64,000 nt of DNA. Source: Candidatus Multivoradales bacterium (GTDB lineage: Bacteria > Acidobacteriota > Thermoanaerobaculia > Multivoradales > JAHEKO01). Numbering within the stretch: the first letter of the stretch is position 1; each line of letters begins with the position of its first letter. The position numbers and the translations under genes were made by a program. The notes under the pieces were generated by a model. That model saw only the letters and a program-made list of their open reading frames with translations. It had not been told where the DNA came from and did not search any database. This document shows, piece after piece, positions 20,191-28,829 of the stretch. The stretch spans positions 2,144,001 to 2,208,000 of the forward strand of contig CBDCXM010000009.1 in the NCBI GenBank assembly GCA_965223855.1. Reading direction: 5' to 3'.

Positions 20191-20200
20191 ATCTACTGAG

Positions 20201-20310
20201 GGCAGAACGCCAGCCGGCTCGAAACGGTCTAGGGCACGGTCAGCCGATCACCGCCCCGGTTCGATCCGCTCGGGGGATTGGATTCGGACCCGCTCGAGCC
20301 GGCTGTTTTT
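20201..20310 (+). ncRNA. Candidate small structured RNA
   Basis: 12-bp perfect terminal stem CAGCCGGCTCGA (20211-22) / TCGAGCCGGCTG (20294-305) followed by T5, directly after the sigma54 motif. Confidence 0.45.
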
Positions 20311-20347
20311 CCTCCAGCCGCGTGCGGCGACTCCTGCCGCAGCGCCT

Positions 20348-20581
20348 TCAGGAAGCCTGACGGTCGGCCAGGAGTGCTTCGACCTCGCCGGCGTCGGGAA
20401 AACGGTCGACCGCGTGCTTCGAGAAGACGAGGTCTCCGTCCGCCTTGACGTCGAAGACGCCACGCGAGCCCTTGATCAGCTTCGCTTCGATACCGAATTG
20501 TTCACGAATCGCGTCCGCCAGACCGGCGGCTCGGGGTTTGTAGTTTCAAACCACGCAATATTCGATGGTGATCTCGTTCAT
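20348..20581 (-). CDS. SelW/SelT/SelH (Rdx) family selenoprotein, 77 aa, Sec at codon 12
   Basis: MNEITIEYCVV-TGA-NYKPRAAGLADAIREQFGIEAKLIKGSRGVFDVKADGDLVFSKHAVDRFPDAGEVEALLADRQAS*; GGAG RBS; Rdx motifs IEYCxxU, G.F.V, FSK...RFP. Confidence 0.92.
20515..20529 (-). promoter_or_regulatory. Bacterial SECIS-like hairpin
   Basis: CCGCC-GGUCU-GGCGG starting 16 nt after the in-frame UGA (20546-20548). Confidence 0.72.
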
Positions 20582-20751
20582 TTCGCTCCACCCGGGCGCC
20601 GGCGAGAGTGCCTTGCCCGCTGGAGGGAATGGTAGCGGCTGGCCGACGGGAAGCCAACACCGGACGCGCTCCGCATCGACTGCTAGACTGCCCGCCCGAT
20701 CGCGGAGGTCGCAGTCTCGCGCGGCCTCTGCACAGCACCTCGGGCGAACCG

Positions 20752-21363
20752 ATGACGATCAACGAGCAGCGCAACAAGGCCGACTTCGACGCCACGAGGG
20801 TCGATCCCGAGCAACTCGAGCAGATCGCCCGGCACGTTCGCGCGATCATCGAGGCTCTCGGGCTCGATCCGACGGATCCCAACCTCGCCGACACCGATCG
20901 TCGGGTGGCGAAGATGTACCTCGAGATGTTCAACGGCTTGCGCTCCGGCGCCGAGCCGCGGGTCACCGTCTTCCCCAACGACGAGGGCTACGAGCACATG
21001 GTGATGGAGAGGGACATCCCCTTCTACTCGATGTGCTCGCACCACTTCGTGCCGTTCTACGGGCACGCCCACATCGCCTACATCCCGGGCGACAAGATCG
21101 TCGGCCTGTCCAAGTTCGCCCGCATCCTGGAGTTCTACGCCAAGCGGCCGCAGCTCCAGGAGCGGCTGACCGAACAGGTCGTCGACTACCTGGTGCAGAA
21201 GCTCGATGCCCAGGGAGCGATGGTGGTGATCGAGGCGCGTCACCTGTGCGTCGAGATGAGAGGCGTCAAGAAGCCGGGAGCGCTCACCGTGACCTCGGCG
21301 ATCCGCGGCTCCTTCCACAAGCGGGCGCTGCGCGAGGAATTCCTCGACCTGATGAAGCGGTGA
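20752..21363 (+). CDS. folE: GTP cyclohydrolase I
   Basis: SMCSHHFVPF, GLSKFAR, RPQLQERLT, HLCVEMRG. Confidence 0.96.
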   Translation: MTINEQRNKADFDATRVDPEQLEQIARHVRAIIEALGLDPTDPNLADTDRRVAKMYLEMFNGLRSGAEPRVTVFPNDEGYEHMVMERDIPFYSMCSHHFVPFYGHAHIAYIPGDKIVGLSKFARILEFYAKRPQLQERLTEQVVDYLVQKLDAQGAMVVIEARHLCVEMRGVKKPGALTVTSAIRGSFHKRALREEFLDLMKR

Positions 21364-21968
21364 GCAGGCGCGGATTCTTCGCTCTCGCGTTGGCGCTGGT
21401 TCTCGGCGTGAGTGATGCCGCTCTCGGTGCGCGCAAGAGGGGAGGCGATCCGGCTGAGTTGACGAACTTCCTGCTCGGCCCCGGGCACGCGCAGTGGCTG
21501 GTCGGGCCGATCGCCTGGATCGCGACCGAGAAGGAGCGGCGGGAGTTCCTGGGCCTCACCGAGGACGCTGCCGCGGTCGAGTTCGAGCGCGAGTTCTGGG
21601 AGCGCCGGGGCCCGACGACCGTGATCCCGCCGAGCGGCCCCAGAATCACCTTCGACGAGCGGGTGGAGGAGGCCGACTCGCGCTTCGCCGAAGGTGCCCG
21701 ACCGGGACATCGCACCGATCGGGGAACCGTCTTCGTCGTCTACGGTCCTCCGGAGTCCGTCGAGTACGCTTCGTCGCCGACTCCCGGTGGAGAGCCGATC
21801 GAGATCTGGAACTACCCGAAGAAGGGAGAGCCCGGCCTCGACGGTGAGCGCCCCGAGCGCCGCTACTCGTTTCGCAAAGAAGGCGACTCGACACGCTTCT
21901 TCTCGATGGCGGCGGCACGACGGCTCGAGCGGCAGCAGCGACGGCCGGGAAGGCAGCCTCCCCAGTGA
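21360..21968 (+). CDS. GWxTD-domain secreted protein
   Basis: GTG overlaps folE stop; signal peptide (SRRGFF, Tat-like), FWERR, GHRTDRGTVFVVYGPP, EIWNY. Confidence 0.8.
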   Translation: MSRRGFFALALALVLGVSDAALGARKRGGDPAELTNFLLGPGHAQWLVGPIAWIATEKERREFLGLTEDAAAVEFEREFWERRGPTTVIPPSGPRITFDERVEEADSRFAEGARPGHRTDRGTVFVVYGPPESVEYASSPTPGGEPIEIWNYPKKGEPGLDGERPERRYSFRKEGDSTRFFSMAAARRLERQQRRPGRQPPQ

Positions 21969-21992
21969 GAGAGCTCCAGTGAGGAGATCACA

Positions 21993-23063
21993 GTGAGCCG
22001 AGTTCGGGCGGTGCTCGCCGGTACCGGGATCGCGATCCCGCCGAACCGGGTCGACAACGACATGTTGTCGCGGATCCTCGACACCAGCGACGAGTGGATC
22101 CGCGAGCGCAGCGGCATCGTCACCCGCTACTACGTCGACGGGGGTGTGGGTGCGTCGGTGCTCGGCACCGAGGCGTCCCGGGCTGCGCTCGACGACGCCG
22201 GCCTCGAGGCCGAGGCGATCGACTACATCGTCTGCGCGACGATGACGCCCGACCAGTACTTCCCCGGCTGCGGCACGATGATTCAGCAGCAACTCGGGAT
22301 CGGGCCGCGACCGGCGCTCGACCTGAGGCAGCAGTGCGCCGGCTTCGCCTACGGGCTGCAGATGGTCGATGCCCTGGTGAGAAGCGGGCAGGCCCGGACG
22401 GTGCTCCTCGTCGGCTGCGAAGTCCATACCGCCCTCATGCCGTTCAGCGAGACGACCTGGGAGGCGCTCTACGATCCGGCAGTCGAGCTACCGCCGGAGG
22501 ATCGCGAGTGGAACTCCCGCTTCCGTCACCTCCTGGTGCTCTTCGGCGATGGCGCCGGAGCGATGGTGTTCCAGGCGCGCGAAGACGCGGGAGAGCGGGG
22601 AATCGTCCACTCCGCGCTCTACGGTGACGGCGGACACCAGGAGATCCTGACAGTGCCGGGAGCGGGCTCGGCGCGCCGACCCTGGGTGGACGCGGCGATG
22701 ATCGAGTCGGCGGACACGGTGCCGGTGATGGACGGCCGCAAGGTGTTCAAGCTCGCCGTGACGGCCATGCCGCGGGTCACCAGGGAAGTCCTGGAGGCGG
22801 CGGGGCACACCCTCGACGATCTCGACCTGCTCGTCATGCATCAGGCGAACCTGAGGATCAACGAAGCGGCACAGCGCGCCCTCCGGCTGCCCGACGACAA
22901 GGTGCACAACAACATCCAGAGCTACGGCAACACCACCGCCGGCACGCTGCCGATCTGCTTCCACGAGGCTCGCGAGGCGGGGAAGGCTCCGGAGGGAGCG
23001 CTCGTCGCCTTCACGGCGCTCGGCGCCGGCCTCCACTACGGGTCGGTGCTGGTGAGGATCTGA
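21993..23063 (+). CDS. fabH: Beta-ketoacyl-ACP synthase III family protein
   Basis: DTSDEWIRERSGI, QCAGF, FGDGAGA, HQANLRI, YGNTT. Confidence 0.9.
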   Translation: MSRVRAVLAGTGIAIPPNRVDNDMLSRILDTSDEWIRERSGIVTRYYVDGGVGASVLGTEASRAALDDAGLEAEAIDYIVCATMTPDQYFPGCGTMIQQQLGIGPRPALDLRQQCAGFAYGLQMVDALVRSGQARTVLLVGCEVHTALMPFSETTWEALYDPAVELPPEDREWNSRFRHLLVLFGDGAGAMVFQAREDAGERGIVHSALYGDGGHQEILTVPGAGSARRPWVDAAMIESADTVPVMDGRKVFKLAVTAMPRVTREVLEAAGHTLDDLDLLVMHQANLRINEAAQRALRLPDDKVHNNIQSYGNTTAGTLPICFHEAREAGKAPEGALVAFTALGAGLHYGSVLVRI

Positions 23064-23394
23064 CGCCGAGCCAGGTCTCGAAGGCGACTCTGCGTCAGAT
23101 CCCCTGCTTCGAGGTGTACCGCGTCAAGTGCCGGTTGTCGGGTCGGTGCTCCCGCAGACGACCACTGCCGAATCCTGAGAAGCTGGGGCGAACGGCTCCG
23201 GGCAGGGCGTCCTCACCTGCGCGGACGGTGGTCATGGCGAGCCAACGACCACGGCATCGGCATCTGGTCCGCATATTCCGGCAATCGTCGCCCGAGCATC
23301 GACCGGGCCTTACCTGAAGCTCTTCGCATCGATCGCCCGGAGTCTCCGGCAACTGTAGCCGGCTTCGGGCGAGAGTCCTCTTCTTCAGCAGACC

Positions 23395-24033
23395 TCAGCG
23401 ACTCGAGTCGCCCGAGCCGCCTTCGTCCGCGTCGGAAGACGGCATCGGTTGACTCCACGGCGGCGTCACCCCGACGCTCCTGGCGTAGGCGATCGCCTGG
23501 CCCAGGTGCTCGTGAGCGTGGGCCATGAGGATGAGGAAGTACTTCCTCTTCGGGGCGGGTGGCCCGAAGAGGGTCACCTCGGTGTCGAGGTCCTCGATCG
23601 ACGCCAGAGCTCCCTGCACGTAGGCGAGGGAGCTCTCGAGCTTGCCGACGACGTCATCCTTGGCGGTGACCGTCGCCTCCCACTGGGCCATCATGGCGAA
23701 CGGTGAGTCGGTCATCTCGACCCCCTCTGCCGGTGCCGCACCGAGGGCGGGCGGCAGCAGCAGGTTGGTCCCTACGACATGCATGAAGACCTCACTCATC
23801 GTTCGGACCTCGTCGCTGGGAGCCCAGCCGTACTGGTCCTCGGGCGTGGCTCGGGCGAGCGCGAGCAGCTTGTCTCCGGCCTCGGCGAGGTTCTCGAGCA
23901 CCGCAGCGACTTCGGCCGAGACCGCGGGAGCCTCCGCGGCGGCCGCGGTCTCCTCGTGGTGGTCCGCGGCGAGCGGCTGGGCACCCGGAGCGAGGATCAG
24001 AGCGAAGGTGGAGAGGTACAGAAGCGTCTTCAT
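23395..24033 (-). CDS. Secreted DinB-family protein
   Basis: Signal peptide MKTLLY..; WAP..EVRT..EVFMH, HAHEHLGQAIAYAR..GVTPPW. Confidence 0.85.
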   Translation of the reverse strand: MKTLLYLSTFALILAPGAQPLAADHHEETAAAAEAPAVSAEVAAVLENLAEAGDKLLALARATPEDQYGWAPSDEVRTMSEVFMHVVGTNLLLPPALGAAPAEGVEMTDSPFAMMAQWEATVTAKDDVVGKLESSLAYVQGALASIEDLDTEVTLFGPPAPKRKYFLILMAHAHEHLGQAIAYARSVGVTPPWSQPMPSSDADEGGSGDSSR

Positions 24034-24068
24034 CGTGGATCTCCCTGGTACGGGTGGTTGGTGACGTC

Positions 24069-24824
24069 TCATGCGTCCGCCTTCGAGCGCGCGCGCAGGC
24101 AGAGCGTGACTCCGATTGCCGTCAGAGCGATCGCGACCCACTGGGCCTCGGTCAGACCGGCTGCGACGACCCGGGTGATGCGAAACTCCTCGATGACGAA
24201 ACGCGACACCGAGGTGAGGATGAGGCTCGTTCCCAGCAGCGCGCCCCTGGGAAGCTTGCGGCGCAGACTCCACAGGAGAGCGAAGACGAGGGTGTACGCG
24301 CCCGCTTCGTAGAGCGGTGTCGGGTGGACGACGACACCTTCAGGATGGGGCCAACCGGCGATGGCGCGTGGATAGGCGACACCCCACGGCACGTCGGTCA
24401 CCTTCCCCCAATCGCCGTCGCCCGCCAGGTGGCAACCGATCCTCCCCAGGGCGTGTCCCAGCGGCAGGCTGAGCCCGGCGCTGTCGAGCGCGTCGCCGAC
24501 GTCGAGCCGGTAGCGCCGAATCAGCCACCAGCCCGCAAGGAGGCCGCCGATCATGCCGGCAAACCAGACGTGGCCCGAGCCGGAAAGGAGCTCGCGGACA
24601 CCGGCCTTGCCCGCGATCGCTTCGCGGCTCCACCAGTAGACGTGAGAGGTGACGAGCGCCACCACGAAGGCGACGAGCGCCAGGCGCCAGAAACGGTCGG
24701 CCGAGCCGCCGCGGCGCTCGTACTCCCGGCTCGCGATCTGGGTCGCGACCCAGAAGCCGATCGCCATCATCAGGCCGTAGGAATAGAGCTTGAAAGGGCC
24801 GAGTTCTGCGAGGATAGGAAGCAT
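24069..24824 (-). CDS. lgt: Prolipoprotein diacylglyceryl transferase
   Basis: YSYGLM, GRIGCHLAGD.DWG, PWGV.YP, HPTPLYE, RF..E.FR. Confidence 0.9.
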   Translation of the reverse strand: MLPILAELGPFKLYSYGLMMAIGFWVATQIASREYERRGGSADRFWRLALVAFVVALVTSHVYWWSREAIAGKAGVRELLSGSGHVWFAGMIGGLLAGWWLIRRYRLDVGDALDSAGLSLPLGHALGRIGCHLAGDGDWGKVTDVPWGVAYPRAIAGWPHPEGVVVHPTPLYEAGAYTLVFALLWSLRRKLPRGALLGTSLILTSVSRFVIEEFRITRVVAAGLTEAQWVAIALTAIGVTLCLRARSKADA

Positions 24825-24888
24825 GCTCTCGGCGGAGTATACGGTCACGAAGGCGGCATCGGGCCAGAGACGCGGTCTCGCGGAGAGG

Positions 24889-25428
24889 GTGGGGTGGCTC
24901 TCCTCGTGGCCCGGTCTGTTGCTTCTGGCCTGGCTCGTTTCGGGGTGTGCCACGGCGCCCGTCGAACGACCGCCTCGCGGCCCCGCCCGGCCCCTGCCCG
25001 AGCCCGGCCGCGAACGGGTCACCCGCGTCCCGGGAGCTCCGACCGGCACCGCGGTCCTCCACACGGCTCGCCGGCTGGTGGGCACACGCTACCGCTACGG
25101 CGGGGAGAGCCGCCGGGAGGGCTTCGACTGCTCCGGGCTCGCGCAGTACGTCTACGCGCGTCACGGTCTTCGGCTGCCCCGGACGACGCGCGATCAGGCG
25201 AACGCCGGCTGGTGGGTACCGCTCGACGAGTTGCGTCCGGGCGACCTGGTGTTCTTCAGCGATCCGGAGAAGTCGACGCACCACGTCGGCATCGTGGCAT
25301 CGTCGGGCACGGCCGGGCTGACGATGGTGCACGCCTCCACCTCGCAGGGCGTCGTCGAGACGGATGTCCTGGCGAGCGGCTACTGGCTGGCGCGCCTGCG
25401 CTTCGGCCGGCGGGTGATCGACCGCTGA
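24889..25428 (+). CDS. NlpC/P60 (C40) peptidase lipoprotein
   Basis: Lipobox VSGC; YRYGG, GFDCSGL, LPRT, PGDLVFF, HVGI, MVHA. Confidence 0.9.
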   Translation: MGWLSSWPGLLLLAWLVSGCATAPVERPPRGPARPLPEPGRERVTRVPGAPTGTAVLHTARRLVGTRYRYGGESRREGFDCSGLAQYVYARHGLRLPRTTRDQANAGWWVPLDELRPGDLVFFSDPEKSTHHVGIVASSGTAGLTMVHASTSQGVVETDVLASGYWLARLRFGRRVIDR

Positions 25429-25440
25429 CGGTGGCCGGAC

Positions 25441-26358
25441 TCACTCCGGGGGGACGTCGAGGAACAGGTCCTCGAGATGCTCCAGCAGGAACTCGGAGCG
25501 CTGCTGCGCGATCAGCGTGACCATCCGCCGTTCGGGCACGAGGTCCGGGTCGACGGCCAGCACCTCGCGCACTGTATCGCGGAACGCTCCAGCATCCTGC
25601 CGGGGTACGAGCACGCTGGTCGCCCAGGCGAGATGCGCCGAAGCCGCACTCTCCCCGGAGAGCTTCAGGGCGCGTCGATAGTGCTGCTCGGCGCGTTCGA
25701 CCGAGCCTCCCATCGCCTCCGGCAGTGCCTCGAGGGCGATCATCGCCTCGTGCAGCGCGCCGTCCGAGTAGTCTTCGTCGAGCTCGAGCGCCCGGTCGAA
25801 CAGCGCCCGCACGACCGGTAGGTCGGCGACGATCTCCGGGCGATGAGAACCGGCCGAGATCGAGGCTCCCCAGGAGGCGGCGGTCCAGTAGAGCAGCTCC
25901 ATCGACTCTGGCCCGAAGTCGAGTGCCGCGGCGTCTGGTGTCCCGACGAGGCGTGCGGCAAGACCCGGCTCGACCGTATCGACCGCCCGCAGGCAGTAGT
26001 CGCGGCCCCTCAGGTAAAGGGCCACGGCCCGGTCGAGCAGGCGCCTCGACTCGACGTAGTCGCTGAACTCCAGCCTCTCTGCGTCGACTGCGACGAAGGC
26101 GTAGGCGTACTGAGTGAAGCCGCTGCAGGCGGCCAGCAGCAGCCCGGAGTTCTCGGGAGAGCTCTCGAGCAGAGCCTCGAACGTCTTGAGTGCGAACGGG
26201 AGGGCGTCGCGGACCAGCTCCGGGTCGGGATCGGAGGCGAAGACGGAGCCGCTCTCGGACAGCGCTCCGGCGATTGTGTTGACGGCCAGCGTTCGAATCG
26301 AACATCCGGCGGCCACCACGGCCAGGCAGGCCACCAGCCATCGGCAGCGGATCGTCAT
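25441..26358 (-). CDS. TRAP-T associated lipoprotein (TatT component family)
   Basis: Lipobox AAGC; DPDPELVRDALPFALKTFEALL, FTQYAYAFV, LY.RGRDY, MGGS.ERA..H. Confidence 0.82.
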   Translation of the reverse strand: MTIRCRWLVACLAVVAAGCSIRTLAVNTIAGALSESGSVFASDPDPELVRDALPFALKTFEALLESSPENSGLLLAACSGFTQYAYAFVAVDAERLEFSDYVESRRLLDRAVALYLRGRDYCLRAVDTVEPGLAARLVGTPDAAALDFGPESMELLYWTAASWGASISAGSHRPEIVADLPVVRALFDRALELDEDYSDGALHEAMIALEALPEAMGGSVERAEQHYRRALKLSGESAASAHLAWATSVLVPRQDAGAFRDTVREVLAVDPDLVPERRMVTLIAQQRSEFLLEHLEDLFLDVPPE

Positions 26359-26365
26359 GAGGCGA

Positions 26366-27130
26366 TTATGCCGGAGGAGATGCCTCCGAGGTCGGCCCCG
26401 TCGTCGAGGGATCGATTTGCAGCACGCCGTTCTTGAGGAGCTGGCGGACGCCCCATAGGAAGTGGTGGTACGAGCCGCCGATGTCCTCGTAGAGTGCTCC
26501 CAGCGTGACGCCCTCGCGGAGTCGATCGACGATCCGGCGATGCCGGCCCGATGCGTCCTCGCCGAGGTTCTGATTCCCGATCGCCAGAGTGCAGCTCTCG
26601 CCGGGGAGGTACTCCCTGACCCGGTTGAGCTCATCCTTGCGTCGGGCCGCCTCGATCATCAGATAGGTCAGATCGACGGCGTCGTTTTCGATTCTCGGCC
26701 TTCCTGCCAGATCCAACGGCTGTGCGGTGACCCTGCCCGACTCCCATTCCAGCGGCAGCTCGGCAAGGTTGACGGTGTGGTCCCTGAGCGCTTTCTGGAG
26801 CGTATCCGGCTTGAGGACGCCGAGGTCGAGCAGGGCGCGGCCGATGCTCTCGCTCTTGTCGCGGCTGTAGACGACGGCCGCCGCCAGGTCGACCTCGTCG
26901 ACCAGCCCCTCGGAGTAGAGATGCCTGCCGAGCGACTCCACGACTCTTCCCGTCGAGGCGTTGACGAGGGTCCCATCTTCGAGCAGCAGATCGATCCGTT
27001 GCCCGTCGCGGGTGAAGCGCAGACGGCCGGTGAAGCGCGATGTCGTGGCCCAGTGAAGGGCGTCCGAAGCCGAGAAGGCGGAAAGATCCGCCTCCAGAAC
27101 CGCCTCCTCGGCCTGGTCTCCTCCCCTCAT
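26366..27130 (-). CDS. DUF4388 (PATAN-like) domain protein
   Basis: DLSAFS..DALHW....RFTGRL, LGRHL..EGLV, IG.ALL.LG, WESG. Confidence 0.72.
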   Translation of the reverse strand: MRGGDQAEEAVLEADLSAFSASDALHWATTSRFTGRLRFTRDGQRIDLLLEDGTLVNASTGRVVESLGRHLYSEGLVDEVDLAAAVVYSRDKSESIGRALLDLGVLKPDTLQKALRDHTVNLAELPLEWESGRVTAQPLDLAGRPRIENDAVDLTYLMIEAARRKDELNRVREYLPGESCTLAIGNQNLGEDASGRHRRIVDRLREGVTLGALYEDIGGSYHHFLWGVRQLLKNGVLQIDPSTTGPTSEASPPA

Positions 27131-27184
27131 CAGAATCTTGGACTCGCAGAGAGAGTGAAAGTCACAAGACGCGAGGGGTCGGGC

Positions 27185-28813
27185 TCAGCGCGACGTTCCC
27201 TGAACCCGAACCAGGCGGTTGAGACCGTCGATCTCGATCGGCGTCGAGCCGCTCGAGTCGATGACCTCGAGCGAGGTGATCGCCTGGAGGTCTCCGAGGC
27301 CGAACACCGGCCGCGTCTGGCTCTGACTCAGGTAGCTGCCCCCAGTCCGCACGAGCCACGTGTGGGTCTTGCCCCCGGCTTTGAGGACGACCTTCGAGCC
27401 GATGCCGTCCGGGGTGCCGGTTCCCGTTCCCGGATCGACGGCGATCCAGTTCCCCTTCGCGCCTCGGTTCTCGAACAGCTGAGCCGGTCCGCCGTTGGTG
27501 GTGACGACGACGTCGAGGTCACCGTCGCCGTCGAGGTCGCCATAGGCGGCTCCGCGAGCCACCCGCGGAGTCGCGAGGTCGCCACCGTCGGTGTCGGTCA
27601 CCTCGACGAACCGCCCTCCGTCGTTGCGGAAGAGTTGCGTCGGCTGGGCGTAGGTGACGTTCGCCTTGATCGTCTCGATCTCGGGCTCGAGGTGCCCGTT
27701 GGCCACGAGGAGATCGACATCGCCGTCGAGGTCGTAGTCGAAGAAGAAGGTGGCGAACGAAAGCGACGAGAGGGTGGGACGCCCGATCTGCGCCGGCGCC
27801 GCCGAGTCGATGAAGAGCGTCTCTCCGACGTTCTGATAGAGCGCCACCATCTCGTTGTCGAAATTGCCGATCACGAGACTCTGGCGCCCGGATCCGTCGT
27901 AGTCCGCCGAATCGATTCCCATGCCGCCGCGGGCGACGCCGTTCTCGTCGAAGGCGACACCGGCGATGAGACCGACCTCCTCGAAGGTGCCGTCCTTCTT
28001 GTTGCGGAAGAGGAGATTCGGCTGGGTGTCGTTGGCGACGGCTAGGTCCATCCAGCCGTCGCCGTCGAAGTCGAGCACGGCGACACCGAGCGACTTGCCG
28101 TCGGGCACGAAGAAGCCGGCCTCCTTCGTGCGATCGGTGAACGTGCCGTCGCCGTCGTTGCGGTAGAAGCGGGGCGAGGCGCCATCGTACGGTTCCGGGG
28201 TGCAGTAGCTCTTGTTCTTGCCGTCGAGCTTGCACTCGATGTCGCTCTCGGGTGTCCAGGTCACGTAGCGCGCGGCGAAGATGTCGAGCCAGCCGTCGTT
28301 GTCGGCGTCGAAGAGCGCCACCGAAGCGCCGAACTCGTACTCCGTCGTCAAGCCGGCCGATTCGCTCACGTCGACGAACCGGCCGTCCCGGTTCTCGAGC
28401 AGGTAGTCGGTGCCCACACACGAGAGATAGAGGTCGCGATCACCGTCGCGGTCCAGATCGCCGGCGGCCCCACCCATGCAATAGGCGGCGAGGTCGAGAC
28501 CGGTCGCCGCCGTGACGTCCTCGAATCGCAGGCCACCGCGGTTTCGATAGAGCCGCTGCGTAGTCGTGGACCCTTCGCGACCGGAGAAGCGGTTGCCGTT
28601 GACGAACAGCAGGTCGAGACGGTCGTCTCCGTCGTAGTCGAAGACGACGACTCCCGAGCCCATCGTCTCGGGCAGCCACTTGCTCCCGAACGCTCCTGTG
28701 TTGTGGTCGAAGTCGATGCCGCTCGCCGCGGTCACGTCGACGAAACGGGTCTCCGCTGCCGAGGTGCCGACGGAAGCGAGCAGGAGGGCAAGAAGAAGGG
28801 AGATGCGTCTCAT
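27185..28813 (-). CDS. CRTAC1 family (FG-GAP repeats + ASPIC/UnbV) secreted protein
   Basis: Signal peptide, ETMGSGV, multiple DxDxDGxxD repeats, RGAAYGDLDGDGDLD, GGSYLSQS. Confidence 0.92.
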   Translation of the reverse strand: MRRISLLLALLLASVGTSAAETRFVDVTAASGIDFDHNTGAFGSKWLPETMGSGVVVFDYDGDDRLDLLFVNGNRFSGREGSTTTQRLYRNRGGLRFEDVTAATGLDLAAYCMGGAAGDLDRDGDRDLYLSCVGTDYLLENRDGRFVDVSESAGLTTEYEFGASVALFDADNDGWLDIFAARYVTWTPESDIECKLDGKNKSYCTPEPYDGASPRFYRNDGDGTFTDRTKEAGFFVPDGKSLGVAVLDFDGDGWMDLAVANDTQPNLLFRNKKDGTFEEVGLIAGVAFDENGVARGGMGIDSADYDGSGRQSLVIGNFDNEMVALYQNVGETLFIDSAAPAQIGRPTLSSLSFATFFFDYDLDGDVDLLVANGHLEPEIETIKANVTYAQPTQLFRNDGGRFVEVTDTDGGDLATPRVARGAAYGDLDGDGDLDVVVTTNGGPAQLFENRGAKGNWIAVDPGTGTGTPDGIGSKVVLKAGGKTHTWLVRTGGSYLSQSQTRPVFGLGDLQAITSLEVIDSSGSTPIEIDGLNRLVRVQGTSR

Positions 28814-28829
28814 TGCGGTCGAAGGATAA

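Noticed and set aside
20245-20285. GGTTCGATCC as part of a tRNA
   Set aside because: No 5-bp T-stem, no cloverleaf, no CCA end
19875-20360. 161-aa + strand ORF across the rlmD-selenoprotein gap
   Set aside because: No RBS or motifs, low-information composition and atypical codon use; region better explained as regulatory/non-coding
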